A DNA stretch of 64,000 nucleotides from assembly GCA_041648595.1 (NCBI GenBank), contig JBAZOQ010000001.1, positions 14,002 to 78,001 of the forward strand, read 5' to 3'. Of the stretch, positions 1 through 9,589 are shown piece after piece. Position numbers and translations under genes: made by a program. How positions within the stretch are numbered: the stretch's first letter is position 1; every line of letters begins with the position of its first letter. The stretch is from Minisyncoccota bacterium. Its GTDB lineage: Bacteria; Patescibacteriota; Minisyncoccia; Phycocordibacterales; UBA9973. The notes under the pieces were generated by a model. It saw only the letters and a program-made list of their open reading frames with translations. It was not told where the DNA came from and searched no databases.

Positions 1-1
1 G

Positions 2-3000
2 ACAGATAATGTAGGTGGTTCAGGAATTGGTTCTGTTAAAATTTCTATAAAAGATACAGATGTATCTGTCGCCAAATGGTATAGTGGGACATCTTTTACA
101 GATGTTACAGAAACATATATTACTACTACAGGTACAAATACTTGGAGTTTTAATTCTTCAACAGTACCATTAGTGATAGATCATACTTATTTAGTTCATA
201 TCAAATCTATAGATAGTGCATTAAATGAAGAGAGCCCTGTTCAAGCTCTTTCATTTAAATTTGTAAATTCTCCTCCAGTAGTTTCTAATGTGACAGCTTC
301 TATGGCTTTAAGTGGAGTAGTGACAGTTGGATATGATGTCACAGATGTTGAATCAACGCAGACTACAAATTCTTTATTTTATACAATTGGAGCTACGCTT
401 AATGGAACAATAACAAGTGGAGCAACATCACTTACAGTTTCTGATGCGACACTTTTTGGAGCTTCTGGAACTATTTTGATAGATGATGAGATGATATCTT
501 ATGCAAGTAAGTCGGGAAATATTTTACAGACTCTTACAAGAGGAGCAAATAGTACTACAGCATTTGCACATACTACAGGAGCTTTAATTTATTTAAATGC
601 AGCTTCTGCTACAGGTACTGGTATTGGATTGTCTAATAAAGGAACTGGAAAAGTAATAACTTGGACAGCTAGAACAGATGCAGATGGATATGAAAATGCA
701 ACTGAAACAATTAAGGTTGTTGCGAATGATGGATCTGCTGGATCTATGATAGGGTCACTCGCTTCTTCTGCATTTATTTTTGATGCAAAGAAACCTACTG
801 CGGTAGTCACATTTGATGCTGGAAGTGCAGGTGTGGTAGATAGTGCAACTATTACCATCCCAATGCCAACAGATATTTCAGCGGTAGAATATTTAATTAC
901 TGATGGTGCTTCAGAGGCAGATGGAACGACGAGTGGATGGACAAGTATTACGACTAGCACGACTATACCTTGGACATTTGATTCTGGTATTGAAATAAAG
1001 AATTTAAAATATCAATATAGAGATGCTTATGGAAACACGACAACAGAAACTATAACATCTACTTTGTCTCCAATTCTTGCAAGTTCATTTTTAGTGCAAG
1101 ATACTTCTAACATAACTATTCCATCTTATGATATGTATATCGGGTGGAAAGCATTAGTAGATACTACAGGTTTCTCTTCTTATAAATTAGAATATGCGAC
1201 ATCTACTAATAATGTGACTTATGGATCTTATTCACCAGTTGGTGATGGAATGTCTAATCCTGTCACAAATTATTATGTTCATAGAAATTTGGATTCTACA
1301 AAGTTTTATAGATATCGTCTTGGAGTAACAGGAACTGATGGAAATACTTCTATTCGTGCAGGATCATTTACTACAGCTAAACCAGATGGAGTTCAAAATT
1401 ATGGTGAAGGAGGAGGTGGAAGTGTGGCTACTGCATCAAAAGTAGAAAATGTTGTTCCAACGCAAAATGCTACAACTAAAGATGTCACTGTTACTTATAG
1501 ATTGACAGATACTTCTTTGGCTCAAAAAGTTAGTGTTTCTTATCAAGCTCGAGTATTTTATAATATAGGAATTACTTTACCATCTAATGCATATTCTGGA
1601 GGAAATCTTACAGTATCTGATGCGTCTAAGTTAAAAGATTCTGGATATATTCAAATAAATAATGAAGTAATACAGTATACAGGTAAGACTGGAAATATTT
1701 TGACTGGTCTTACTCGTGGTACATGGCCTACAGCACCTCGTGCAACAAGACAGAATCTTACATTCTTTGCTGGTACTCCGGTATGGGTGATGGCGACTAC
1801 GACGACACCTACAGCTATCACAAATACTACAATATCTACAGGACAAGATGGATCAATAACATGGTCTACATATGGTGAACCTTCTCTCGCGGGAAGTTCA
1901 TATACTAACGTTGGAATAAGAGTGTTAGTTCACGACAATCAAGATCCTGGAGTTGGTCCTATTTCAAGTCAAAATGACTATTCAGAAAATGGAATATTAA
2001 ATACTTTTGATTTAACTGTACCGACTATTACGTTTGATGCAACAAGTTCTACTGGAGCTGAAAGTGTAACCTCTGTAAACTTTGGATTAACTCTTGCTAG
2101 AGCGTATCCAGTTAATTCTACCGTCAACTATACAGTCACTGGTACAGCTACCGGAGGCGGAGTAGACTATACTCTTGCAAATGGAACTGCAACAATTACT
2201 GCTGGAAGTACAACTACTAATATCACAGCAACAATTGTTAATGATATTATTTATGAATCAAGTGAGACAATAATAGTTACAATTTCAAGTCCAACAAACG
2301 CAATATTGGGAGCTAATACAGTTCATACATATACAATCACAGACAATGACACTGTTTCAACAATTGCATTTAATACAACTTCATCTAACGGCCTAGAAAG
2401 TGTAACGGCAGTAACTATTCCAGTTACTATTTCAGCAGTTTCAGGAGCAGATACAACCGTTGATTATACAGTTACTGGTACAGCCACAGGAAGTGGAGCA
2501 GACTATACATTAGCAAATGGAACTGCAACAATTACAGCAGGAAGTACTACTACAAATATTTCTTTAGTTATTGTAGACGATGCTATTAATGAACTTAATG
2601 AAACAATTATTGTTACATTATCTAATCCAAGTGGTGCAACTCTCGGAACAAATACAGCTCATACTTATACAATCACAGACAACGATACTGCATCAACAAT
2701 TGCATTCACTGCAGCAACATTAAATGGTTTAGAAAGTGTAACAGCAGTAACTATTCCAGTTTCTCTTTCTCTTGCTTCATATCAAGATATTACTGTTAAC
2801 TATGCAGTCACAGGTGGAACAGCCACTGGAAGTGGAACAGACTATACTCTTGCATCAGGGGTAGCAACAATTACTGCAGGACAAACTACAACAAATATTT
2901 CAGTAACGGTTGTAAATGATTCTTTGCAAGAATCTAGCGAAACTATTATTGTAACTTTAGCTACTCCTTCAAATGCAACTTTGGGAACAAATACAGCTCA

Positions 3001-6000
3001 TACATATACAATTACCGATGATGATAGTACTCCAACAATTGCATTTACCACAACCTCAGGAATTGGAGCAGAAAGCGTAACTCCAGTAAGTATTGGAGTA
3101 ACTCTTTCAGCAGTTTCTGGATTAGATACAACTGTTGCCTATACTCTAACAGGTACAGCCACAGGAAGTGGAACAGACTATACATTAGCAAGTGGAACAG
3201 CAACAATTACAGCTGGACAAACCACTACAAGTATTTCTCTGGTTATTATAGACGATATACTTAGTGAAGTTAGCGAAACTGCTATCTTAACATTATCCAG
3301 TTCAACTAATTCAACTCTCGGAGTTAACACAACTTATACCTATACAATTACAGACAACGACACTGATCCTACAGTAGCATTCACGGCAGCTTCTTCAAAT
3401 GGATTAGAAAGTGTAACTCCAGTAAATCTTGAAGTTTCTATAGCAGCAGCTTCTTCTAAAAACATAACAGTTGGTTATGCAGTTACCGGAGGTACTGCAA
3501 CTTCAGGTGTTGACTATATTCTTGCTTCAGGAACAGCAACAATTACTGCAGGACAAACTACAACAAATATTTCACTCACTGTCATAAATGATACTCTTAA
3601 GGAATCAAATGAAACTGTAATTGTAACTTTATCTACTCCTTCAAATGCAACTTTGGGAACAAATACAGCTCATACTTATACCATTACAGATAATGACACT
3701 TTTCCAACATTAAGTTTCAACGCTACAACAAGTCAAAGTAATGAAGACGTTAACACTGTAGATATTCCTGTATCTATTACATCTATATATCCAGAAAATG
3801 TAACTTTCTCTTATGCTGTTACAAGTGGTACAGCTACAGGTGGATCAGTTGATTATTTACTAGAAAATGGAACAGGTACAATTACAGCAGGTCAAACATC
3901 TACAAATATTCATATAACTGTTTTTGATGATGAGATTTCTGAAAATACAGAAACAATCGTAATAACTATTTCAAATCCAACGAATGCTACTCTTGGAGCT
4001 AATACAATTCATGCTTACTCTATCTTAGATAATGAAATAGCTGTTACAGCAGCAAGTGGTAGTAATATTAAATCAACAAGTGCTCGTATTGTTTGGACGA
4101 CAGCTGATTACACTGATAGTACTATAGAATATGGTACAGTAGCTCCTCCTGGTACAGAAGGGTCTTTGCCATATACTTTGTCTAAGTCAAATTCAGAGAA
4201 AGTATTATCTCATAATATTTATTTAGGAAATTTAACTCCTTCTACAACTTATTATTATAAATTAACTTCAGTTAATTTAGCAGAAGAAACAACAATTTAC
4301 GAATCAGAATTTACAACTACTCCTGGACCTATTATTAGTAATGTTACATCAAGTGGTGCTACTGATATAGGAGTTGTTATCACTTGGACTTCAAATATTC
4401 CTACAACATCTTATGTTAGTTATTCTACTGATGTAGACTTAGCAAGTCCTACATTATCTTCTGTTTCAGAAGAATTAGTTACCGAACATACTGTTACTTT
4501 AACAGGATTAAATTCTGATAGCACTTATTATTATTTAGTGTATGGAGTAGATGCAGATACAAATGTAGGTGAAGATGCAAATGGTGGCAGTTATTATAAT
4601 TTTGCAACAGGGGCAGATCAAACAGCTCCCGTGATTACAGGAGAGATTACTACACCTATCATTACTGCGACTCAAGCTGCTATTTTATGGACAACTAATG
4701 AAGTTGCAAATGGTAAGGTTATGTATGGAACAAGTGCTGATACTTATGATGATGAAACAGATTTGATATCAACACCATTATTAAATCACATAGCGATCAT
4801 TAGTGATTTAACAGCTACGACAAAATATTATTATGTAGTTGTGTCAGCTGATGCAAACGGTAATACCGTAACATCTGATGAAAAAGAATTAACAACAGCT
4901 GAAGTTGAGCAAGTAATTGTAAGTAGCGGTGGAGGTGGTGGAGGTGGAATTATTGGTGTTGCTCAAGAAATTTATAATCTTTTGCTTGCTGAGAATCAAA
5001 AATATATAGCTAAATTTGGTAGTGATACTAATATCCCGGTTATTACAAATATTAAAGTTGATAGTATTACTGCTTTTGGTGCAATTATTTCGTATGAAAC
5101 AAGTGAAGATACAATATCATTTATTGAATATGGTAAAGATACAGATTACGGTTTTATAGCAGCAGATAAAAATTGGTCAAAAAATCATATAATAAAGGTG
5201 AAAGGATTAAATTTAGGTACAGAATATGATTTTAAAATTAGTGCAATGGATAGAACAAATGATTTTGGTTTTTCTGATAATCAGACCTTCACCACTAAAT
5301 TCTTAAGTGAAGATCTTGCTGAATTAAAAAAGATAGAAAACATAGAACAATTCCAAGCAGAAATAGAAGCAACGATAGAATCAATACTTCCATCTCTTGT
5401 TCCACCATTTATTGATAAACCAGTCGTATCTGATATTACAGAGAGTAGTGCAACAGTAACATTCCGTACAAACATTAAATCTTACCCAGTATTAAGTTAT
5501 ACAACTGATGCTAATTATGATAAAACAAAGACTAATCCATATGATGGAGAAATGTCAGATACTTCAGAAAAAAGTGTTTCTCATACAATGTCTCTTATTG
5601 GATTAAAATCTAATACAAAATATCACGTAATGGCAAAAGCATATTCCTTACCTCAAGTTATTGGTAAATCGGAAGACTTTACATTTATAACAGCTGCTTC
5701 AAAGATTCAGGGATCTATTGTTGATGTTAAGAAAGATATGTTTACAGTTATGTGGACTACAGATGAACCTACTTCTTCTATTATTGAATACAAAAATATG
5801 AAAACTGGAAGAATTTCTCGTACTATTGATGATGTTCAAAATAATTCTCATTCAGTAAGAATTGAAAATCTTTCTCCTGGAACTTCTTATCAGGTTAATA
5901 TTTCAGGTATTAACCAAAAAGGTAATACAGTAGAAAGTGGTTCTTCGTTAAATGTTAAGACATCTACCGACAATACTGCACCAGAAATTTTTAATTTGAA

Positions 6001-6355
6001 AGTAAATAGTACTCTTCTTTCTGGACGAACAGATAAAGTTCAAACAATAATTTCTTGGCAGACTGATGAACCTTCGACTTCTTCTGTTTATTATGAAGAA
6101 GGTTCTGGGTCTTTAGAAAAAGCACTTTCGAACAAACAAGAGGAAGTAGAATTTACAAAAAATCACGTTGTTATATTGGCTTCTCTTAAACCAGGAACTG
6201 TTTATAGATTTACAGTAGAATCGATGGATGATGCAAACAATGTATCTAAACCACCAATTCGTACAATAATTACTCCTAAAAAGATAGAATCAATCGTTGA
6301 TGTTATATTTAAAAACTTTAATGAAACATTTAATTTTATAAATAATGTTAGATAG
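2..6355 (+). CDS. Very large secreted or cell-surface repeat protein (5' partial; open from window start). N-terminal region has duplicated SGNIL.TLTRG modules. Six tandem Calx-beta-like repeats of about 110 aa ending in ..HTYTITDNDT. A poly-Gly linker is followed by multiple FN3 / purple-acid-phosphatase-N-like repeats (..TSYVSYSTD..TYYY..).
   Basis: Frame is open from nt 2 with no stop before 173 (the track start is a GTG at 173). Six roughly 330-bp DNA-level tandem repeats at 2021-4035 translate to Calx-beta-like units. Downstream beta-sandwich repeats have the W..TD and YYY motifs typical of FN3/PKD-like domains. Stop at 6355. Confidence 0.8.
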   Translation, partial: TDNVGGSGIGSVKISIKDTDVSVAKWYSGTSFTDVTETYITTTGTNTWSFNSSTVPLVIDHTYLVHIKSIDSALNEESPVQALSFKFVNSPPVVSNVTASMALSGVVTVGYDVTDVESTQTTNSLFYTIGATLNGTITSGATSLTVSDATLFGASGTILIDDEMISYASKSGNILQTLTRGANSTTAFAHTTGALIYLNAASATGTGIGLSNKGTGKVITWTARTDADGYENATETIKVVANDGSAGSMIGSLASSAFIFDAKKPTAVVTFDAGSAGVVDSATITIPMPTDISAVEYLITDGASEADGTTSGWTSITTSTTIPWTFDSGIEIKNLKYQYRDAYGNTTTETITSTLSPILASSFLVQDTSNITIPSYDMYIGWKALVDTTGFSSYKLEYATSTNNVTYGSYSPVGDGMSNPVTNYYVHRNLDSTKFYRYRLGVTGTDGNTSIRAGSFTTAKPDGVQNYGEGGGGSVATASKVENVVPTQNATTKDVTVTYRLTDTSLAQKVSVSYQARVFYNIGITLPSNAYSGGNLTVSDASKLKDSGYIQINNEVIQYTGKTGNILTGLTRGTWPTAPRATRQNLTFFAGTPVWVMATTTTPTAITNTTISTGQDGSITWSTYGEPSLAGSSYTNVGIRVLVHDNQDPGVGPISSQNDYSENGILNTFDLTVPTITFDATSSTGAESVTSVNFGLTLARAYPVNSTVNYTVTGTATGGGVDYTLANGTATITAGSTTTNITATIVNDIIYESSETIIVTISSPTNAILGANTVHTYTITDNDTVSTIAFNTTSSNGLESVTAVTIPVTISAVSGADTTVDYTVTGTATGSGADYTLANGTATITAGSTTTNISLVIVDDAINELNETIIVTLSNPSGATLGTNTAHTYTITDNDTASTIAFTAATLNGLESVTAVTIPVSLSLASYQDITVNYAVTGGTATGSGTDYTLASGVATITAGQTTTNISVTVVNDSLQESSETIIVTLATPSNATLGTNTAHTYTITDDDSTPTIAFTTTSGIGAESVTPVSIGVTLSAVSGLDTTVAYTLTGTATGSGTDYTLASGTATITAGQTTTSISLVIIDDILSEVSETAILTLSSSTNSTLGVNTTYTYTITDNDTDPTVAFTAASSNGLESVTPVNLEVSIAAASSKNITVGYAVTGGTATSGVDYILASGTATITAGQTTTNISLTVINDTLKESNETVIVTLSTPSNATLGTNTAHTYTITDNDTFPTLSFNATTSQSNEDVNTVDIPVSITSIYPENVTFSYAVTSGTATGGSVDYLLENGTGTITAGQTSTNIHITVFDDEISENTETIVITISNPTNATLGANTIHAYSILDNEIAVTAASGSNIKSTSARIVWTTADYTDSTIEYGTVAPPGTEGSLPYTLSKSNSEKVLSHNIYLGNLTPSTTYYYKLTSVNLAEETTIYESEFTTTPGPIISNVTSSGATDIGVVITWTSNIPTTSYVSYSTDVDLASPTLSSVSEELVTEHTVTLTGLNSDSTYYYLVYGVDADTNVGEDANGGSYYNFATGADQTAPVITGEITTPIITATQAAILWTTNEVANGKVMYGTSADTYDDETDLISTPLLNHIAIISDLTATTKYYYVVVSADANGNTVTSDEKELTTAEVEQVIVSSGGGGGGGIIGVAQEIYNLLLAENQKYIAKFGSDTNIPVITNIKVDSITAFGAIISYETSEDTISFIEYGKDTDYGFIAADKNWSKNHIIKVKGLNLGTEYDFKISAMDRTNDFGFSDNQTFTTKFLSEDLAELKKIENIEQFQAEIEATIESILPSLVPPFIDKPVVSDITESSATVTFRTNIKSYPVLSYTTDANYDKTKTNPYDGEMSDTSEKSVSHTMSLIGLKSNTKYHVMAKAYSLPQVIGKSEDFTFITAASKIQGSIVDVKKDMFTVMWTTDEPTSSIIEYKNMKTGRISRTIDDVQNNSHSVRIENLSPGTSYQVNISGINQKGNTVESGSSLNVKTSTDNTAPEIFNLKVNSTLLSGRTDKVQTIISWQTDEPSTSSVYYEEGSGSLEKALSNKQEEVEFTKNHVVILASLKPGTVYRFTVESMDDANNVSKPPIRTIITPKKIESIVDVIFKNFNETFNFINNVR
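2021..4035 (+). repeat. Six tandem coding repeats of about 330 bp (Calx-beta-like units) inside the giant surface protein gene.
   Basis: Each repeat translates to P(T/S)IAF..(S/T)..G.ESVT.V.I.V.....TTV.Y.VTG.ATG.G.DYTLA.GTATITAG.TTT.I.....DD.....E..I.TLS.P..ATLG.NT.HTYTITDNDT. High nucleotide identity between units is visible by eye. Confidence 0.85.
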
Positions 6356-6423
6356 AGTTAAATTATAAAAAATATTAATCTTTTAAAGATTATTACTTCA
6401 TATGTTATAATCAAATTATTGTT

Positions 6424-6858
6424 ATGAATGTTAAGCAAAATGTAAGAAAAATCTTATTAATTGATAGTAATGAAATATTACGTATCTATTTCCGTGATAT
6501 ATTTTGGATACACGGTAATAATAATCTCTATGAAGTTGAGGTTGTTTCTTCTTTCGAAGAAGCAGAAAAAAAATTAGAATATAAGGATTCTAAACCTGAT
6601 ATTATTTTTTTGGATGTAGTAATGTCAATTAAAGGAGCTAAAAATAGTATTGAAAATGAAATAAATCGATCTGTATCTTTTATTAAAAAAATAAAGAATG
6701 ATAAAACTTTATCAGATATAAAGATAATTATTTATTCTGACCAGAAAGAAAAAGCAATAAAGGATAAAGTTGCTGAATTAGGCATTGAAGGTTATTTGAT
6801 AAAAGGAGAATTAATGCCAAAAGAGATAATAAAATTTGTTGATAAAATTTATGAGTGA
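6424..6858 (+). CDS. Stand-alone CheY-like receiver domain protein. The phospho-acceptor Asp context FLDVVM and the conserved Lys (YLIKG) are present. The N-terminal acidic pocket is degenerate (LLIDSNE instead of DD). There is an insertion after the D loop.
   Basis: REC-domain motif pattern in the translation. Stop TGA at 6856-6858 overlaps the next ORF. Confidence 0.55.
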   Translation: MNVKQNVRKILLIDSNEILRIYFRDIFWIHGNNNLYEVEVVSSFEEAEKKLEYKDSKPDIIFLDVVMSIKGAKNSIENEINRSVSFIKKIKNDKTLSDIKIIIYSDQKEKAIKDKVAELGIEGYLIKGELMPKEIIKFVDKIYE

Positions 6859-8200
6859 AATAATAAAAACTGAAAATTTAAATTTATGGTATGACAAGGG
6901 GAAACCAACAGAGGTTCATTCTCTTAAGGATGTAAATATAAGCATAGACAAAGGTGACTATGTATCTTTTTTCGGACCATCTGGTTGTGGTAAAACCAGT
7001 ATACTTTATGCTATTTCTGGTATTGATCGTTTTCAAGAAGGAAAGGTTTTTATCAATAATCGTGATATATCAGGACTTACAAATCAAGAACTCGCAATTT
7101 TTAGACAGACTGGTATAGGTATTGTTTTTCAGCAGTTTAATCTAGTACCATCTCTGACTGTTTTAAAAAATGTTGCTTTGCCGATGCTTTTTGTGGGTAT
7201 CTCTTCTGAGAAAGCTGATATTGAAGCACGTAAACTTATTGAAAGATTAGATATTCTTGATTATATTGATCGTTATCCTTTTGAACTTTCTGGTGGACAA
7301 CAACAAAGAGTTGGTATTGCTCGCGCACTTGCGAATGACCCACCTATAATTATAGCCGACGAGCCATTAGGAAACCTTGATTCTGTTAATGCAAAAAAAG
7401 TATTAAATTTCTTGAAAGAATTAAATGAAAAAGATGGACGAACTGTGATAATGGTTACACACGAAGCTTGGAGTTTGCGTGACGTTAAAACTATTTTTCA
7501 TATGAAAGATAGTGCTGTTACTGATATTCAAAAAGTAAAAAATACTACTACAGCTGATTCAATATCTAAACATCTAAATGAACAACTTTCTTATATGTCC
7601 TCATCTGATGATAAAAAAGAAGAATATCCTGAAGAGAAAATATCAGCTCGTATTTTAGCCAACTTTTTACTCCGTGGATATTCTATGGATGAGATTAGAC
7701 GTTTTGAATCTTTTGTAAATCAAAGATTTGAAAATAAAATAGATAAAAAAGAATTTCATAAATTTGCTAATATGCCATTTAAAGATGGTGGTGTTGGTCT
7801 TTGGAAGAAAAAAGCTGAAAGAGTGACACAATATTTAGAAGAAATTTTGGAAGAAAAAAAGAACGTTGAACATATATATGGTGTTTTAGAGAAAAATCCA
7901 GAAATGTCTATTTTTGATGAAATCCTCAGCATACGTAATTGGGTATTGGAAGGTTATACTGGTAAAATAACACCAACTCAAGCGGCAGCACTTGATCAAG
8001 TTATTTCTGATAGAATTAGGAATTTTATTCCAGCAGATAAAGTTGTTGAATTATTAGATCTTTCAAAAAATAAATTTGGTGTTGGTCTATCTTTCCGTGC
8101 TGCTCAAACAATATCTGAAAAATTAGAATTATTGTTTAGTGAAGATAATACAGAAATTAATACTGAAACTGATAGCAAAGATTTTGAAAAAAAGTTATAA
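6851..8200 (+). CDS. ABC transporter ATP-binding protein (MacB/LolD/FtsE-like nucleotide-binding domain) with a roughly 220-aa C-terminal extension of unknown function.
   Basis: Walker A GPSGCGKTS, ABC signature LSGGQQQRV, Walker B IIIADEPLGNLD, H-loop VTHE. ATG at 6851 is preferred over the TTG at 6836 listed in the track. Confidence 0.8.
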   Translation: MSEIIKTENLNLWYDKGKPTEVHSLKDVNISIDKGDYVSFFGPSGCGKTSILYAISGIDRFQEGKVFINNRDISGLTNQELAIFRQTGIGIVFQQFNLVPSLTVLKNVALPMLFVGISSEKADIEARKLIERLDILDYIDRYPFELSGGQQQRVGIARALANDPPIIIADEPLGNLDSVNAKKVLNFLKELNEKDGRTVIMVTHEAWSLRDVKTIFHMKDSAVTDIQKVKNTTTADSISKHLNEQLSYMSSSDDKKEEYPEEKISARILANFLLRGYSMDEIRRFESFVNQRFENKIDKKEFHKFANMPFKDGGVGLWKKKAERVTQYLEEILEEKKNVEHIYGVLEKNPEMSIFDEILSIRNWVLEGYTGKITPTQAAALDQVISDRIRNFIPADKVVELLDLSKNKFGVGLSFRAAQTISEKLELLFSEDNTEINTETDSKDFEKKL

Positions 8201-8210
8201 TAGTTTAGTG

Positions 8211-9422
8211 ATGTCTGATAAGAAATTAAAAATAATTGAATTATTGTCTCTTTCTCTTAGAACTTTTCGTATAAAACCCCAAAGAGCTATTTTGACTATT
8301 TTAGGTATGTCTGTCGGTATAGCGACAGTTCTTTTGTTGGTTTCTCTTGGTTATGGTCTTCAATATATTTTGATTGGTAAGCTTATGACCACAGAAGATT
8401 CATTAATAACTATGGAGATTTCTTATCCATCAGAAAGTAATGCTTTAATTAAAAAGCCATTATTAGACGAAATAAGAACATATGGAGACGTTGCAGAAGT
8501 TAGCCCGGTTGCTGAATTTCCTGGTGAAATAAGTAGAGAGGGAGGTTCTGGGCTTTTAGTTAATACAAGTATTGTTGAACCAGCTTATTTTAGATTATCT
8601 GGGTTGCTTCCCAATATTGGTAGTTTGCCTGGAGATCAAGAACAAGGTTTTGTGATATCTAGTCAAACATTAATACCACTTAATCTTGTTGGTGATGCTA
8701 CTTCATTAGATAAACCTTTTAATTTTAAAGTTTTTTATCAGGATGATAAAAATAATACTTTTGAAGAAACAAATTCTTTAGCTCCGATAAAAATAAAAGG
8801 TATTATTAGTGATGAATCAATGCCACCAACCACTATAGTTTTTGCAAAATCTTTTTCTCAAGAACCACCTTTTTATAGGAAAGCTCTTGTGAAAGCAAAA
8901 AGTATTGATGTGCTGGAAGCGCTTCGTGATAAATTTTTAAGTGAAGGTTTTTTAGTTTCTGCTCGCATTGATCTTGTAACACAAGCTAGAAAAATCACAA
9001 ATATTATAACTATTATTTTAGGTATTTTTGGAGTGACTGCATTGGTTGTCTCTGCAATTGGTATGTTTAATACAATGCTTGTCGGTTTCTTGGAACGTAT
9101 TTACGAAGTTGGAATTTTAAAATCTATTGGAGCTACTGATTATGATGTACGTAACTTGTTTTTGGTTGAAGCATCACTAATGGGTATTTTAGGTGGTTTT
9201 GGGGGTATTATAATTGGTATTGGAGGGGGTAAAATTTTGAATTTTTTAGTTAGTGCTTTATCAATAAAATTTGGAGGTGGTTCGATTGATCTATTTCTTA
9301 CACCATGGTGGTTTGTTTTTTTGATTTTGGCTTTTTCGGCTGTAATTGGTTTTATTTCTGGTTGGTGGCCAGCCCACAGAGCTGCTGGCTTGTCTCCAAA
9401 GGAAGCATTTACTAAAAAATAA
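8211..9422 (+). CDS. ABC transporter permease, MacB/FtsX family (N-terminal TM, large extracytoplasmic domain, C-terminal 3-TM FtsX domain).
   Basis: N-terminus MSDKKLKIIELLSLSLRTFRIKPQRAILTILGMSVGIA and C-terminal ILKSIGATDYDVRNLFLVEASLMGILGG are typical of FtsX/MacB permeases. ATG 8211 lies just after the ATPase stop at 8200, whereas the track start 8139 would overlap it by 62 nt. Confidence 0.75.
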   Translation: MSDKKLKIIELLSLSLRTFRIKPQRAILTILGMSVGIATVLLLVSLGYGLQYILIGKLMTTEDSLITMEISYPSESNALIKKPLLDEIRTYGDVAEVSPVAEFPGEISREGGSGLLVNTSIVEPAYFRLSGLLPNIGSLPGDQEQGFVISSQTLIPLNLVGDATSLDKPFNFKVFYQDDKNNTFEETNSLAPIKIKGIISDESMPPTTIVFAKSFSQEPPFYRKALVKAKSIDVLEALRDKFLSEGFLVSARIDLVTQARKITNIITIILGIFGVTALVVSAIGMFNTMLVGFLERIYEVGILKSIGATDYDVRNLFLVEASLMGILGGFGGIIIGIGGGKILNFLVSALSIKFGGGSIDLFLTPWWFVFLILAFSAVIGFISGWWPAHRAAGLSPKEAFTKK

Positions 9423-9469
9423 TTTTTATAATATATTTTATATATTTGTGTTATATTAAAACGATGGAT

Positions 9470-9589
9470 CCCGTTAGAGATTAAATAGTTATTTTTTCGG
9501 GATTTATTTAAGTTAGCTCTTGTAACTAATTTTATTATTAAATATTAATTTAAGGTACGGAAATCTAAAGATTTCCTATCTCTAACGGG
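9470..9589 (+). mobile_element. MITE-like TIR element, family 1 copy a (120 bp). TIRs are CCCGTTAGAGATT / ATCTCTAACGGG. It is flanked by direct repeat ATGGAT (9464-9469 and 9590-9595), and the 3' copy is the lepA start codon.
   Basis: Inverted termini and flanking 6-bp direct repeat were read directly. The interior is AT-rich and non-coding (MDPVRD followed by a stop if read from the 5' ATG). Confidence 0.6.

Noticed and set aside
589-960. Antisense or alternative-frame ORFs inside the giant surface protein gene (589-960 minus, 1631-1846 minus, 5281-5475 minus).
   Set aside because: They are embedded in a long repeat-domain coding sequence with clear domain structure in the + frame. They are low-complexity or Cys/Arg-rich translations typical of antisense artefacts.
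8139-8210. Track start 8139 for the FtsX-type permease, overlapping the ABC ATPase by 62 nt.
   Set aside because: An ATG at 8211 immediately follows the ATPase stop and begins the canonical MacB/FtsX N-terminus (MSDKKLKIIELL...). The upstream extension is probably not translated.
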